64,000 bases of DNA from a bacterium (GCA_030674455.1 JAUSGQ010000020.1:13461-77460), one strand, 5' to 3'; positions 37,379-46,229 are shown, numbered from the stretch's first letter. Made by a program: numbers and translations. The notes: generated from the sequence alone by a model not told the origin.

Positions 37379-37850
37379 ATCCGAAATCCGAAGCACGAAA
37401 TCCGAAAAAATCCTAAATCCAAATATGAAAAAAGAAGACCGGAAATATGACTTGGAAGAAAGAAGTTTCTTGTTCGCAAAGAACGTGCGGGCCTTTGTGA
37501 AAAACTTGCCACGTTCCATTACCAGTATAGAAGACACGAAGCAACTTGTGCGGTCATCTGGGTCAATTGGCGCAAATTATATTGAAGCGAACGAGTCGTT
37601 GAGCAAGAAAGATTTTTTGCTACGAATACGCATCGCGCGAAAAGAGGCAAAGGAAAGCAAATATTGGCTACGACTCATAGATACCAATACTGATGGCTTA
37701 GAAAAGCGACGAGCGGAACTAGAACAGGAAGCCACAGAATTGATGATGATTTTAAGTTCGATTATGAGAAAATATGTTTAAAATTTCTTTCTTTTTTGGT
37801 TTTCGGCATTTTTTCGGATTTCGGATTTCGGATTTCGTGCTTACTATATA
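37379..37850. mobile_element. IR-flanked mini-element carrying a second four-helix-bundle gene, inserted in the VirB4 homolog
   Basis: Left AAATCCGAAATCCGAAGCACGAAATCCGAAAAAATCC and right GGCATTTTTTCGGATTTCGGATTTCGGATTTCGTGCTTAC are imperfect inverted repeats. Confidence 0.5.
37425..37781 (+). CDS. Four-helix-bundle protein (PF05635-like), copy 2
   Basis: ERSFLFAKNVRAFVKNLPRSI...RSSGSIGANYIEANESLSKKDFLLRIRIARKEAKESKYWLRL is the same family as 35750-36118. Start taken at MKKEDRKYD. Confidence 0.65.
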   Translation: MKKEDRKYDLEERSFLFAKNVRAFVKNLPRSITSIEDTKQLVRSSGSIGANYIEANESLSKKDFLLRIRIARKEAKESKYWLRLIDTNTDGLEKRRAELEQEATELMMILSSIMRKYV

Positions 37851-37854
37851 GTCT

Positions 37855-39762
37855 ATGTCCCTCCTCGACCTCTTCAGAAGCAAAAAGACAAACGCCGAAC
37901 CGTCGGCGCTTCCCATACTCCCCGAGGAAATTTATTCGGCCGGCGTTTTGGATTTGCAGGATGTCATCGCTCCGCACGCGCTAAAGATAAGCTCGCGCGA
38001 ACTGGACTTGGGCGAGCGCATCGCGCGCACATTTTTTGTTATTTCCTATCCGCGCTTTCTCACCACCGGCTGGTTCGCGCCCATCATCAACATGGACAAA
38101 GTCCTGGACATTTCCATATTCATTCACCCGATGGACACGAGCGAAATGCTCCGAAAATTCCAAAAGAAAGTCGCCGAAGTGCAGAGCCAGATATCCACGC
38201 GCGAGCAAAAGGGAATGGTGCGCGACCCGATGCTCGATACCGCGTATTCCGACCTCGAGGGTCTGCGCGACTCTCTCCAGCAGGCGCAGGAACGCATCTT
38301 TGAGGTCGGCCTGTATCTCACCGTATACGGCAACACCCGTGAGGCGGTAGATAAAATAGAATCCGAGATACGCTCTGTTCTTGAATCGCGCTTAGTCTAC
38401 ATTCGCCCCGCGCTTTTTCAGCAAGAGCAAGGATTCAGGAGCGTCCTTCCGCTCGGCAATGACGAGCTCGATGTTCATACGAAATTGAATTCCGCTCCGC
38501 TCTCCTCTATCTTCCCATTTATCTCATTCGACCTCACTTCAAACCGCGGAATTCTCTACGGCATCAACCGGCATAATTCTTCGCTTATTCTCTTCGACCG
38601 ATTCTCGATGGAGAACTATAACTCGGTCATGTTCGCGAAATCGGGTTCTGGAAAGAGCTACATGACGAAATTGGAAATCCTGCGCTCGCTCATGTTCGAC
38701 ACGGAAGTCATCGTCATAGACCCTGAACGCGAGTATGAATATCTGGCGTCTACCGTGGGCGGCCGGTATTTCAATATTTCACTTTCATCGGAACACCACA
38801 TCAATCCGTTCGATCTTGCTATCCCGCGCGAAGACGAAAATCCTGCGGATATTTTGCGAAGCAACATCATTACTCTCGTCGGACTTTTCCGCATTATGCT
38901 TGGAGGCCTCTCTCCCGAGGAAGACGCTATTATCGACAGGGCGATAACTGAAACGTACGCGCTTAAAGACATTACGGCGGAAGCAAACTTCGCGGCAATT
39001 GAGCCGCCGCTACTCTCCGACTTTGAGCTGGTGCTCTCCGGCATGGAGGGAAGCGAATCGCTCGTACAGCGACTTTCGAAATATACTAAAGGTACGTGGT
39101 CGGGATTTATGAACAGGCCGACGAACGTGGACATGAATAAAAAACTCATCGTATTTTCCGTCCGCGATATGGAAGACGACCTGAAGCCCATCGCGATGTA
39201 CATCATTACGCACCACATATGGAATGTCGTGCGCAAAGAACTTCGCAAGCGCCTACTCGTCATAGACGAGGCGTGGTGGATGATGCGCTCCGCGGACACC
39301 GCCTCATTCCTGTTCTCAATCGCAAAAAGAGGAAGAAAATATTTCCTCGGTATTTCCACGATAACGCAGGACGTTTCGGACTTCTTGAACTCTCCGTACG
39401 GCCTGCCCATGATAACGAACTCGTCCATACAGATTCTTTTGCGGCAATCCCCGACTTCGGTGGACCTCGTCCAGCAGACTTTCAAGCTTTCGGATGAAGA
39501 AAAATATCTTCTGCTCGAGTCGGACGTGGGAGAGGGAATATTTTTCGCCGGACTAAAGCACGTGGCCATCAAAGTCATCGCTTCGTACACGGAAGACCAG
39601 ATAATCACATCCGACCCGTCGCAAATTCTTGCAATCCGCAAGGCAAAACAGGAATTGGCAGATGCAGAGAGCGCCCAGGCTACGTCTGCGATTACAACTG
39701 ACGCCGCTTCCTTCGCCCCGGCTCAGAATACCGCCGCCAGTTCTACAGCCACGCTCAAATGA
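37855..39762 (+). CDS. VirB4-like T4SS ATPase (C-terminal 635 aa including the ATPase domain)
   Basis: IAPHALKISSRELDLGERIARTFFVISYPRFLTTGWFAPIINMDKVLDISIFIHPMD is a VirB4-typical segment. Walker A MFAKSGSGKSYMTK, Walker B RLLVIDEAWWMM. Together with 36728-37378 it would make ~851 aa, a normal VirB4 length. Confidence 0.8.
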   Translation: MSLLDLFRSKKTNAEPSALPILPEEIYSAGVLDLQDVIAPHALKISSRELDLGERIARTFFVISYPRFLTTGWFAPIINMDKVLDISIFIHPMDTSEMLRKFQKKVAEVQSQISTREQKGMVRDPMLDTAYSDLEGLRDSLQQAQERIFEVGLYLTVYGNTREAVDKIESEIRSVLESRLVYIRPALFQQEQGFRSVLPLGNDELDVHTKLNSAPLSSIFPFISFDLTSNRGILYGINRHNSSLILFDRFSMENYNSVMFAKSGSGKSYMTKLEILRSLMFDTEVIVIDPEREYEYLASTVGGRYFNISLSSEHHINPFDLAIPREDENPADILRSNIITLVGLFRIMLGGLSPEEDAIIDRAITETYALKDITAEANFAAIEPPLLSDFELVLSGMEGSESLVQRLSKYTKGTWSGFMNRPTNVDMNKKLIVFSVRDMEDDLKPIAMYIITHHIWNVVRKELRKRLLVIDEAWWMMRSADTASFLFSIAKRGRKYFLGISTITQDVSDFLNSPYGLPMITNSSIQILLRQSPTSVDLVQQTFKLSDEEKYLLLESDVGEGIFFAGLKHVAIKVIASYTEDQIITSDPSQILAIRKAKQELADAESAQATSAITTDAASFAPAQNTAASSTATLK

Positions 39763-40064
39763 ACACAACCCGCATAAGCGTAACGACTGCAATTTTTTTG
39801 GTCGCTATAGCTGTATTAACTGACATAGCTGATTTTCTCTTGGGGATGGGGGCTTTGGGTATTCTTGTAGACATTCCTGCCGCTCTCATATTAGGAATAT
39901 GTTTTTCACACTGCGACGTAAGTTTGATGGATTCCAAACGCGTCGGTAAATTTCTAGCCACCATTGTTGCAGAGGCGACCCCCGTTGTTAACGACTTTCC
40001 TATATGGACTTACACGATCCTTTCCACAATAAAACAAGAGTGGCAAGAACCTCTCGAGATATAA
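39759..40064 (+). CDS. Small two-TM membrane protein (possible pilin/VirB2-like or VirB3-like)
   Basis: 101 aa with two hydrophobic helices. 4-nt overlap with the VirB4 homolog stop. Confidence 0.35.
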   Translation: MNTTRISVTTAIFLVAIAVLTDIADFLLGMGALGILVDIPAALILGICFSHCDVSLMDSKRVGKFLATIVAEATPVVNDFPIWTYTILSTIKQEWQEPLEI

Positions 40065-40071
40065 TTGCCAT

Positions 40072-41106
40072 ATGCAGACAAGAATTTACGTCATTTGTCT
40101 TACGGTCTTCCTTTTTTCTCCAACAACAATTCACGCGCAATTTAATTCCCCAAGCGAATTGGGAAAGATATTTATTTCTCTAACACCGGGGAATCCGGCC
40201 CCCGGCGAAAATGTTCAGCTTTCCGCGACAAGCCCGCTTATCGACCTCGCACGAAGTGACATCATCTGGTATGCGGATAAAAAAGTAATCGCGGAGGGGC
40301 GGGGTCAAATACATGCGGGCGTTACCGCGGGTCCTGCCGGGTCGGAGACTGATATCGTAGTCATCGCACAGTCCGAGAACGCAAGCGCAACCGGAGAAGC
40401 ATTTTTGAGACCGGCCGAAGTTGGACTAATGTGGGAATCCGATTCCTATACACAGCCCTTTTATAGAGGGCGCGCGCTTCCTTCCGCAGGAACAAAGCTC
40501 CGAGTGCAGGCACTCGCGCGGTTGGTCCTTCCAGATGGCAGTTCTGTACCGGAAAATGAAATTACCTACACCTGGAAGCGAAACGGTTCCGTTGTTGGGT
40601 CTGTATCGGGAATCGGCAAGTCTTTTGCGATTTTTCCGTCTCCATCGCTTTTCGGCACTGACATAATTGAGGTGGAGGCGGCTTCTGCGGACGGCACGCG
40701 CGTGGGACACGCAAGCGCGAGAATACCGTCCGTTGAACCCGTGCTTGCTTTGTATGAAGACCACCCTCTCTTTGGAATAATGTACGGAAAAGCACTCGAC
40801 AAACAGATTTCCGCAAAAGACCAGGAAATGACTTTCGCCGCAGTTCCATACTTTGCACAAGCAAGAAGCCCGGATGACGAACAATTCATATACAAGTGGC
40901 GGGTTAATGGGAGAGATATTACTGCTGATTATGCGCGGCCGAGCGAAATTACAATAAACTCAACGGATTCAAGCGGGGAAGCGCTTCTCGCTCTTACTAT
41001 AACTCGCGAACGCAACTGGAACATGAAAGCGAGCGGTGCATGGAATATTTTGTTCCCATCGGGGTCAGGCACGCCCGCAACTGACCCGTTCACATCCGCC
41101 CAATAG
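40072..41106 (+). CDS. Hypothetical secreted protein
   Basis: Signal peptide MQTRIYVICLTVFLFSPTTIHA. 344 aa. Confidence 0.45.
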   Translation: MQTRIYVICLTVFLFSPTTIHAQFNSPSELGKIFISLTPGNPAPGENVQLSATSPLIDLARSDIIWYADKKVIAEGRGQIHAGVTAGPAGSETDIVVIAQSENASATGEAFLRPAEVGLMWESDSYTQPFYRGRALPSAGTKLRVQALARLVLPDGSSVPENEITYTWKRNGSVVGSVSGIGKSFAIFPSPSLFGTDIIEVEAASADGTRVGHASARIPSVEPVLALYEDHPLFGIMYGKALDKQISAKDQEMTFAAVPYFAQARSPDDEQFIYKWRVNGRDITADYARPSEITINSTDSSGEALLALTITRERNWNMKASGAWNILFPSGSGTPATDPFTSAQ

Positions 41107-41118
41107 TCTTTTAATTGT

Positions 41119-41404
41119 ATGCCCAGACACTCACTTTGGCATCGCCTCTTTATGAAAACAATCCTTGTGAGCAAACTTCGAACAATGGGACAAGTTCAGG
41201 TTACATCTAGGTATGCTTCGGCAATAAAGGTTCCTCGCGGCAAGCCGCGAGGAATTAGTGGAACTCGCTTCGCTCGTTCAGTCGCGCAGCAAGCTGCGCG
41301 GTATTCCACCTGTGTTGCGTCTTCGCTCGGACGAAGTGTGAGCAAGCTCCCACTTCGCTCCTCGCTAGCCACAATAAATTATGCCAAAGTTAGTGTACGG
41401 GTAT
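41119..41404. repeat. Long (286-bp) relative of TIR element family 'A' with structured interior
   Basis: Left ATGCCCAGACACTCACTTTGGCAT, and the right end ATGCCAAAGTTAGTGTACGGGTAT is its inverted repeat (20 of 24). The interior holds several GC hairpins (CCTCGCGGCAAGCCGCGAGG; CGCGCAGCAAGCTGCGCG; CGTCTTCGCTCGGACGAAG). The terminal GGGTATG supplies the ATG of the downstream gene. Confidence 0.6.
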
Positions 41405-42713
41405 GATATCCACAAAAACATTTCTTCATTACGCCATAACTATCACGATCATTCTCCTCGTTGGAGGACTCGCCGGATGGTATTACTTTCTCAACAAGCA
41501 AAAGCAGGCAATTTCCACGAGCGACACGGGGCGGGGGTTAGACTCGCCTGCGCCCGCTTTCGGCGGCAGTACGGGGAGCAATTACAGCAACGTCTCCGGA
41601 ACAATCTCCGATGGCACGCCCGTCAATCAGGCCAAAGCACCGCCCCGGATTTGGCAGGTTACAAAAACGCCGGTCGCAGGCATGGGATTTGTTACAAGCA
41701 CTTCTTCAGCCGCAACAACATCAGCTGCGCAATTGTATTTCGTTGAGCGCGCAACCGGATACATCCTAAAAGCCGATACGGAAACCAGCCTGATATCTCG
41801 ACTTACAAACAAACTTTTTGCCCGCACATATGAAGCGTCGTTCAGTTCGGACGGTTCCGTAGTTCTCCGCTCAATCGACGACCGGGGCAATATCACGAGC
41901 TTTGCCGGTGATAATCCTCTGCAAAGTGCAGCGACAGCCTCCACTTCTCCAACGAACTCTAAAGAGCTCGCTGGGGGCCCACTTTCCGGCAAATATTTGG
42001 AGCCCAATATTCGTATGATCGTGCCGATGCAGAAAACACGTGAATTGCTTCTTCTCATACCGAATGCGGGCGGGGGATCAAGCGTGGTTCTATCGTCATG
42101 GAACGGTATTAAACAAAAAACTCTTTTTTCATCGCCTCTTGCTGGATGGAAACTCTTCTCCCTCTCGGATGGGCGGATATTTCTTTCTCTCTTGCCTTCT
42201 GATGATGCGGCAGGCTACGCGTTTGAGTTAAAAAACGGCACCCTGGTACCGCGTTTAAGGAACATCCCCGGGCTGACGTTCCTGCCGCGAACATCGTCGG
42301 ATGCCGTATTATTTGGCGAATCGAGCGGAAGGCTTTCGCTCTTCTCAAGCGCCAAAGAAGGGGCCGAGAGGGTGTATCTTCCGCTTCAAACTGTAGCTGA
42401 TAAGTGCGTATGGGCTCCCTTAAACGCGCCGCTTCGCAGAGCGTCGGGCGAGCGACTCATCGCGTATTGCGCTGTTCCGCAATATGTCGCGTCAAGCAAT
42501 TTTCTTATGGATTGGTACAGGGGAGCTCTGCGCACCTCTGACTCATGGTGGCGCATTGATACTGCTACCGGAGAAGTAACGCCTCTGCTTGAGACCGAGG
42601 AAACTGACAAGGTTTTTGATGTGGAAAATCCGATCATTGACAGCTCGGGAGAGCAAATAGCTTTTATGGACGCGAAAGACAAGTCTCTGTGGCTTCTTCG
42701 CATAACACAATGA
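41403..42713 (+). CDS. Hypothetical membrane-anchored exported protein
   Basis: N-terminal TM ITITIILLVGGLAGWYYFL. 436 aa and Ser/Thr-rich. Confidence 0.45.
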   Translation: MISTKTFLHYAITITIILLVGGLAGWYYFLNKQKQAISTSDTGRGLDSPAPAFGGSTGSNYSNVSGTISDGTPVNQAKAPPRIWQVTKTPVAGMGFVTSTSSAATTSAAQLYFVERATGYILKADTETSLISRLTNKLFARTYEASFSSDGSVVLRSIDDRGNITSFAGDNPLQSAATASTSPTNSKELAGGPLSGKYLEPNIRMIVPMQKTRELLLLIPNAGGGSSVVLSSWNGIKQKTLFSSPLAGWKLFSLSDGRIFLSLLPSDDAAGYAFELKNGTLVPRLRNIPGLTFLPRTSSDAVLFGESSGRLSLFSSAKEGAERVYLPLQTVADKCVWAPLNAPLRRASGERLIAYCAVPQYVASSNFLMDWYRGALRTSDSWWRIDTATGEVTPLLETEETDKVFDVENPIIDSSGEQIAFMDAKDKSLWLLRITQ

Positions 42714-43603
42714 CTATGAATACAAAGAATATCTTGAAACACCTTAAAACGCGCATTTCCAACGTCTTGTACGCTGTCGCGTTCGCACCGCTTGCAGATG
42801 TGGCAAGTTCCCAAAAACTTAGAGCTCTTTATAGTAGCGACGCCGATTTGGTCACTTACCTGAACACGCTATTCAAAGTGGCTATTTCGGTGGGAGCCAT
42901 TATCGCGGTATTGCGCCTCATGTATGCGGGCTACCTCTACATGGCAAGCGACATGTGGACAAGTAAAGAATCTGCGAGAAGTATATTTCGCGACGTCTTT
43001 GTTGGCCTGCTGCTTCTTCTTTCTGTATACATTATTCTCAAGCAGATCAATCCTAACCTCCTGAATTTGGACGCCAAGCTTAGCGAGGTGACAGTGGTTC
43101 TACCGAGCGACACCAGAAGAGATTGGGCGACTGACCCCGCGCTGAGCGCAGCAATGGCTACTGCATTTGGCGACAGTGGCAGAACATGGGAAAGATTACG
43201 AACTGCTGGCATAAGCAGAAACAAAAGCGAATGTACTGCGGCAGCCCCAACCAATTGCACGAGTCTGGGAGGGCTTGGCGAGGGTGCTGTTAACGGCCTT
43301 ATCAACCTAAAATCTGCGTGTACTGAAGCCGCCCGAGCTAGTTGCACAGGTTCCGCATGCAGTTGCGATGTTACTGTAACAGGTGGTACCGAATCATGGC
43401 TTCACAGCCGAGGCACTCAACATCGCCCCGGGAATTCTGTTGTTGATCTGGCTCCTTCAGCAGGTCTAAATACATTCCTTCTCGGATCCGGCGTAGCTCC
43501 TGTAAGCGGCCAGCAGGTTACCAAAAACTTTGCGCGTTACACATACGAAACCACCGGGGACAACGGCGTGTCGACTGGTAATCACTGGCACGTCCAGTAT
43601 TAA
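42689..43603 (+). CDS. Membrane protein with two N-terminal TM helices and a C-terminal Cys-rich domain bearing an M15/VanY-like metallopeptidase motif (possible T4SS pilin-like / cell-wall hydrolase)
   Basis: TM helices VAISVGAIIAVLRLMYAGYLYMA and VFVGLLLLLSVYIIL. C-terminal SRGTQHRPGNSVVDL (H-x7-D) and the terminal GNHWHVQY resemble the Zn ligands of VanY/M15 peptidases. Confidence 0.35.
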   Translation: MASSHNTMTMNTKNILKHLKTRISNVLYAVAFAPLADVASSQKLRALYSSDADLVTYLNTLFKVAISVGAIIAVLRLMYAGYLYMASDMWTSKESARSIFRDVFVGLLLLLSVYIILKQINPNLLNLDAKLSEVTVVLPSDTRRDWATDPALSAAMATAFGDSGRTWERLRTAGISRNKSECTAAAPTNCTSLGGLGEGAVNGLINLKSACTEAARASCTGSACSCDVTVTGGTESWLHSRGTQHRPGNSVVDLAPSAGLNTFLLGSGVAPVSGQQVTKNFARYTYETTGDNGVSTGNHWHVQY

Positions 43604-43612
43604 TTTGCCGCG

Positions 43613-43753
43613 TACCCAGTTAGTACAATTTGGCATAGGTTCTGCCGCGGTCTTCATGCAGGAAAGGGAAGGGAAAAATCGCGTGACTCAAAATCGCCAT
43701 CGTTCGGTAAGAACGGGTGAACCAAAGGCAATGCCAAATTGTCCTACTGGGCG
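43613..43753. repeat. TIR element family 'A' copy 4
   Basis: TACCCAGTTAGTACAATTTGGCAT (43613-43636) and ATGCCAAATTGTCCTACTGGGCGTA (43731-43755). It lies between convergent genes, and its right TIR overlaps the last codons of jag. Confidence 0.75.
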
Positions 43754-44238
43754 TATTTAATTACAACTCTGCGGTTTCTTCCTTCTCCTGCTGATTCTGT
43801 TTTTACGTTCGGCGAATCGGCGAGCACGGTGTGTACTATGAGGCGTTCATACGCATTCATCGGCGTGAGTTCAACATCATACTGAAAAGAGCGCGCCCGT
43901 TCCGCCATCATGAGTGCTTTTGTTTCCAATTCTTTTATCTGTTTTGCCCGGTAGTCGTTAACATCCACCAAAAATTGGAGGTATTCAACGGCTTCTTCGA
44001 CTCCCTCCGCATTTCTGGCGGTCTCGCCTGTCGGAAAAGACTGTTTTTCAGCGATTTTCTTCACGAGATGGTCTATGGCATGCACCGTATCGCCGTGCAT
44101 CCCGATGAACTGGCGTGCATCCTGCATTTGTATCGCAAAAATCGTCTGTCCCGCGATTTGATTTTTTACAACGCCGGAATGAGAGACGCCGAGAGCCTCG
44201 AGCAACTCATTGAGAATCTTTTCAACCTTTTTTTCCAT
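43744..44238 (-). CDS. jag: Jag/KhpB-like RNA-binding protein (KH + R3H domains)
   Basis: The C-terminal R3H-like MNAYERLIVHTVLAD motif and position downstream of yidC match the yidC-jag operon. Start set at MEKKVEKILN. Confidence 0.65.
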   Translation of the reverse strand: MEKKVEKILNELLEALGVSHSGVVKNQIAGQTIFAIQMQDARQFIGMHGDTVHAIDHLVKKIAEKQSFPTGETARNAEGVEEAVEYLQFLVDVNDYRAKQIKELETKALMMAERARSFQYDVELTPMNAYERLIVHTVLADSPNVKTESAGEGRNRRVVIKYAQ

Positions 44239-44266
44239 GGGGCAACTATACCTCTCGAAAGAGAAA

Positions 44267-44404
44267 ATCCCAAATCTCAAAGTCCAAATCACAAACAAAC
44301 CTCAATATTCAAACATCTAATATTGAAAACGAATTCTGTTTTGTTTTTTTGAGCTTTAATTGACTGGAGCTTGTTTGGAGCTTGGAATTTGGGATTTGGA
44401 GCTT
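44267..44404. repeat. Intergenic inverted-repeat block, 'TTGGAGCTTG' family, locus 3
   Basis: CCCAAATCTCAAAGTCCAAATCACAAACAAACC ... CTGGAGCTTGTTTGGAGCTTGGAATTTGGGATTTGGAGCTT extends into the yidC 3' end. Confidence 0.5.
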
Positions 44405-45125
44405 ATGTCGTCATTGAACCTTCTGCCCATCAGCAATTCTTGTGCGATCATCGCGGTGTTGCTCGTCACCCAGTAAAGCGCAGCGGCGGAAGGGACTGCA
44501 TAGGCAAATCCGCCTATCATTATCGGCAGTGCGTATCGCATCATCATATCGGCGCTTCTTGCCATGTCCTTAGAGAATGTGCCGTCGGGAGCAACTTTTT
44601 TAGCAGCGCCCATGGAAAGGCGCGTATAGATAATCTGCGTTACTCCCGCGAGAATGGCAAGAACAAAACTTTTGCCGGCCATATTTATAAGCCCGATGAA
44701 TTCCATATTCACTCCGGAAGGGACAGAAATAAAAGCGTACAAGCGTTCGAGATTGATTTCTGGAAGACCGCCCCAGGCAAATATCCAATACAAAGCCAAT
44801 AAAATCGGAAGCTGGATAAATATCAGCCCGAAACTCGCGAATGGATGCACATCATTCTCTTTATAGAGAGCAAACATGGCTTTACCTTGCTGTTCTCTGT
44901 CATTTTTGTATTTTTCTTTCAGCTTTTCCAGCTCCGGCGCAATTTTTTTCATTTTTTGCTGCGTCTCGATGGCGCGCTTGGAGAGAGGGAAGAGGATGAT
45001 GCGCACAATTATCGTCAAGATAATAACGGCAATGCCTACGTCATGAGTAGGAAGAATATCTACGATATAAATAAGCCCGTTATAGAGCGGGTTATATACG
45101 GCGGCATGGAATGCGGATGAAATCA
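44356..45125 (-). CDS. yidC: Membrane protein insertase YidC (short form)
   Basis: Five-TM core with conserved PILLALYWIF and the hydrophilic groove Arg. Start set at MISSAFHAAVYNP (45125), because the longer ORF N-terminus merely translates the TIR element. Confidence 0.85.
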
Positions 45126-45136
45126 TCGGACTAGTA

Positions 45137-45275
45137 TACCCGGTCAGTACAATTTGGCATAGTTTCTGCTGTGGCTCCGTTTGCGCCACACCAGTCTGTC
45201 ACCATCGCGTGATTTATTCGAGTTTATCAAGAATAGCTGTAACCGAGGCAATGCCAAATTGTCCTACCGGGTGTA
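45137..45275. repeat. TIR element family 'A' copy 5 (between rnpA and yidC)
   Basis: TACCCGGTCAGTACAATTTGGCAT (45137-45160) and ATGCCAAATTGTCCTACCGGGTGTA (45251-45275). Confidence 0.8.
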
Positions 45276-45283
45276 CCCATCAA

Positions 45284-45640
45284 CTACAAAGCGCGAGGTT
45301 TTGCGATTGTGCGCGCCACAAGTTGCTCGACATCGTTCTTAATTTCCGCATAGGAGGCGGTATTCGCCAGCCGCATCGCGTAAAATACGAGAATCGCAGG
45401 CGCGGACACGGCGGATAGGCATTGCTTCATCGCCGCGCGCCATCTTCGTTTGATACGATTTCTTGCAACAGCGAGCGCGGCAGTTTTTTTAGAAACTACG
45501 CAACCAGCCTTGATTTCCGCCGTCTTTTGGCCGGCAAATGACCCAAATGACAAAATAAAAAGCGCTCCGCGCTCTCTTTTGAATTTGGCTTTTTCCGCGC
45601 GAACAAAATCCGCGTGCGTCAGTGAATTTTTTCGAGGCAT
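45284..45640 (-). CDS. rnpA: Ribonuclease P protein component
   Basis: LTHADFVRAEKAKFKRERGALFILSF...AVARNRIKRRWRAAM matches the RnpA signature (RNR.KR). Start at MPRKNS with AAGGAAC 5 nt upstream. Confidence 0.85.
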   Translation of the reverse strand: MPRKNSLTHADFVRAEKAKFKRERGALFILSFGSFAGQKTAEIKAGCVVSKKTAALAVARNRIKRRWRAAMKQCLSAVSAPAILVFYAMRLANTASYAEIKNDVEQLVARTIAKPRAL

Positions 45641-45704
45641 AAAGGTTCCTTGAACCCGTATTGGCTCCTCGGCTCGCCGCCCATTCGCCAATCAAACTGA
45701 AAAC

Positions 45705-45839
45705 CTATGTGGACAGTCGGGCGCGTCCCTTTCGGCGGCGGCGTTTCAAAAGCGCGCGCCCGCTCGTCGTGGCGGAACGTTTACGGAACCCGTGAGTCTT
45801 CGAACGCTTTCTCTTTTTCGGCTGATATGTGCGTTTCAT
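45705..45839 (-). CDS. rpmH: 50S ribosomal protein L34
   Basis: The minus-strand translation [44 protein letters not shown] is a canonical L34. Not in the ORF track (44 aa). Confidence 0.9.
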   Translation of the reverse strand: MKRTYQPKKRKRSKTHGFRKRSATTSGRALLKRRRRKGRARLST

Positions 45840-46090
45840 AAATGCGTATAGCGTATGGAGTATAGCGTATGGAGGGCGTGAAGGGAAGTAGCAGTGCCAA
45901 TCTACAAATTTATCCCAATCTACAAATGTCTACGAATGACATATACGTCCATTTGTAGTTATTTGTAGTATTCGAATCATTCGTAGATTGGAACATTTCA
46001 TTGTCCCCACGCTATCCACACCTTGTGAACACCCGCGACAAAAAGCGCGGGACTATACCTTCGCGGCGGGACGCGTATAATGACCGGTCT
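45840..46090. other. Putative chromosomal replication origin (oriC)
   Basis: Lies between rpmH and dnaA. Tandem TATAGCGTATGGAG x2 (45848-45875), six 9-mers TCTACAAAT/TCTACGAAT in inverted arrangement (45901-45987) and a DnaA-box-like TATCCACA (46013-46020). Confidence 0.55.
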
Positions 46091-46229
46091 ATGCCCGGTA
46101 GGACAATTTCGAATCGTCTCATATGAATATATTCCTACCGAATCAAAAAAATGCTGGACGAGTAGAGGGGCAATGCCCTTGTGCGATTATTTGCGACCGT
46201 AATAATTCGAAATTGTACTAACCGGGTAT
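46091..46229. repeat. TIR element family 'A' copy 6 (TTCGAA variant) abutting dnaA
   Basis: ATGCCCGGTAGGACAATTTCGAA (46091-46113) and TTCGAAATTGTACTAACCGGGTAT (46206-46229). Internal CATATGAATAT is shared with copy 3. Ends in the annotated dnaA ATG. Confidence 0.8.

Noticed and set aside
38658-39641. 327-aa minus-strand ORF inside the VirB4 ATPase gene
   Set aside because: Antisense to a gene with clear Walker A/B motifs. Spurious.
44356-45189. Longer N-termini of the yidC (45126-45189) and PBP1A (51469-51559) ORFs in the ORF track
   Set aside because: The extra residues (…QQKLCQIVLTGYT / …RQKLCQSMLTGYN) are direct translations of the TIR element. Starts moved to the first Met downstream of the element.
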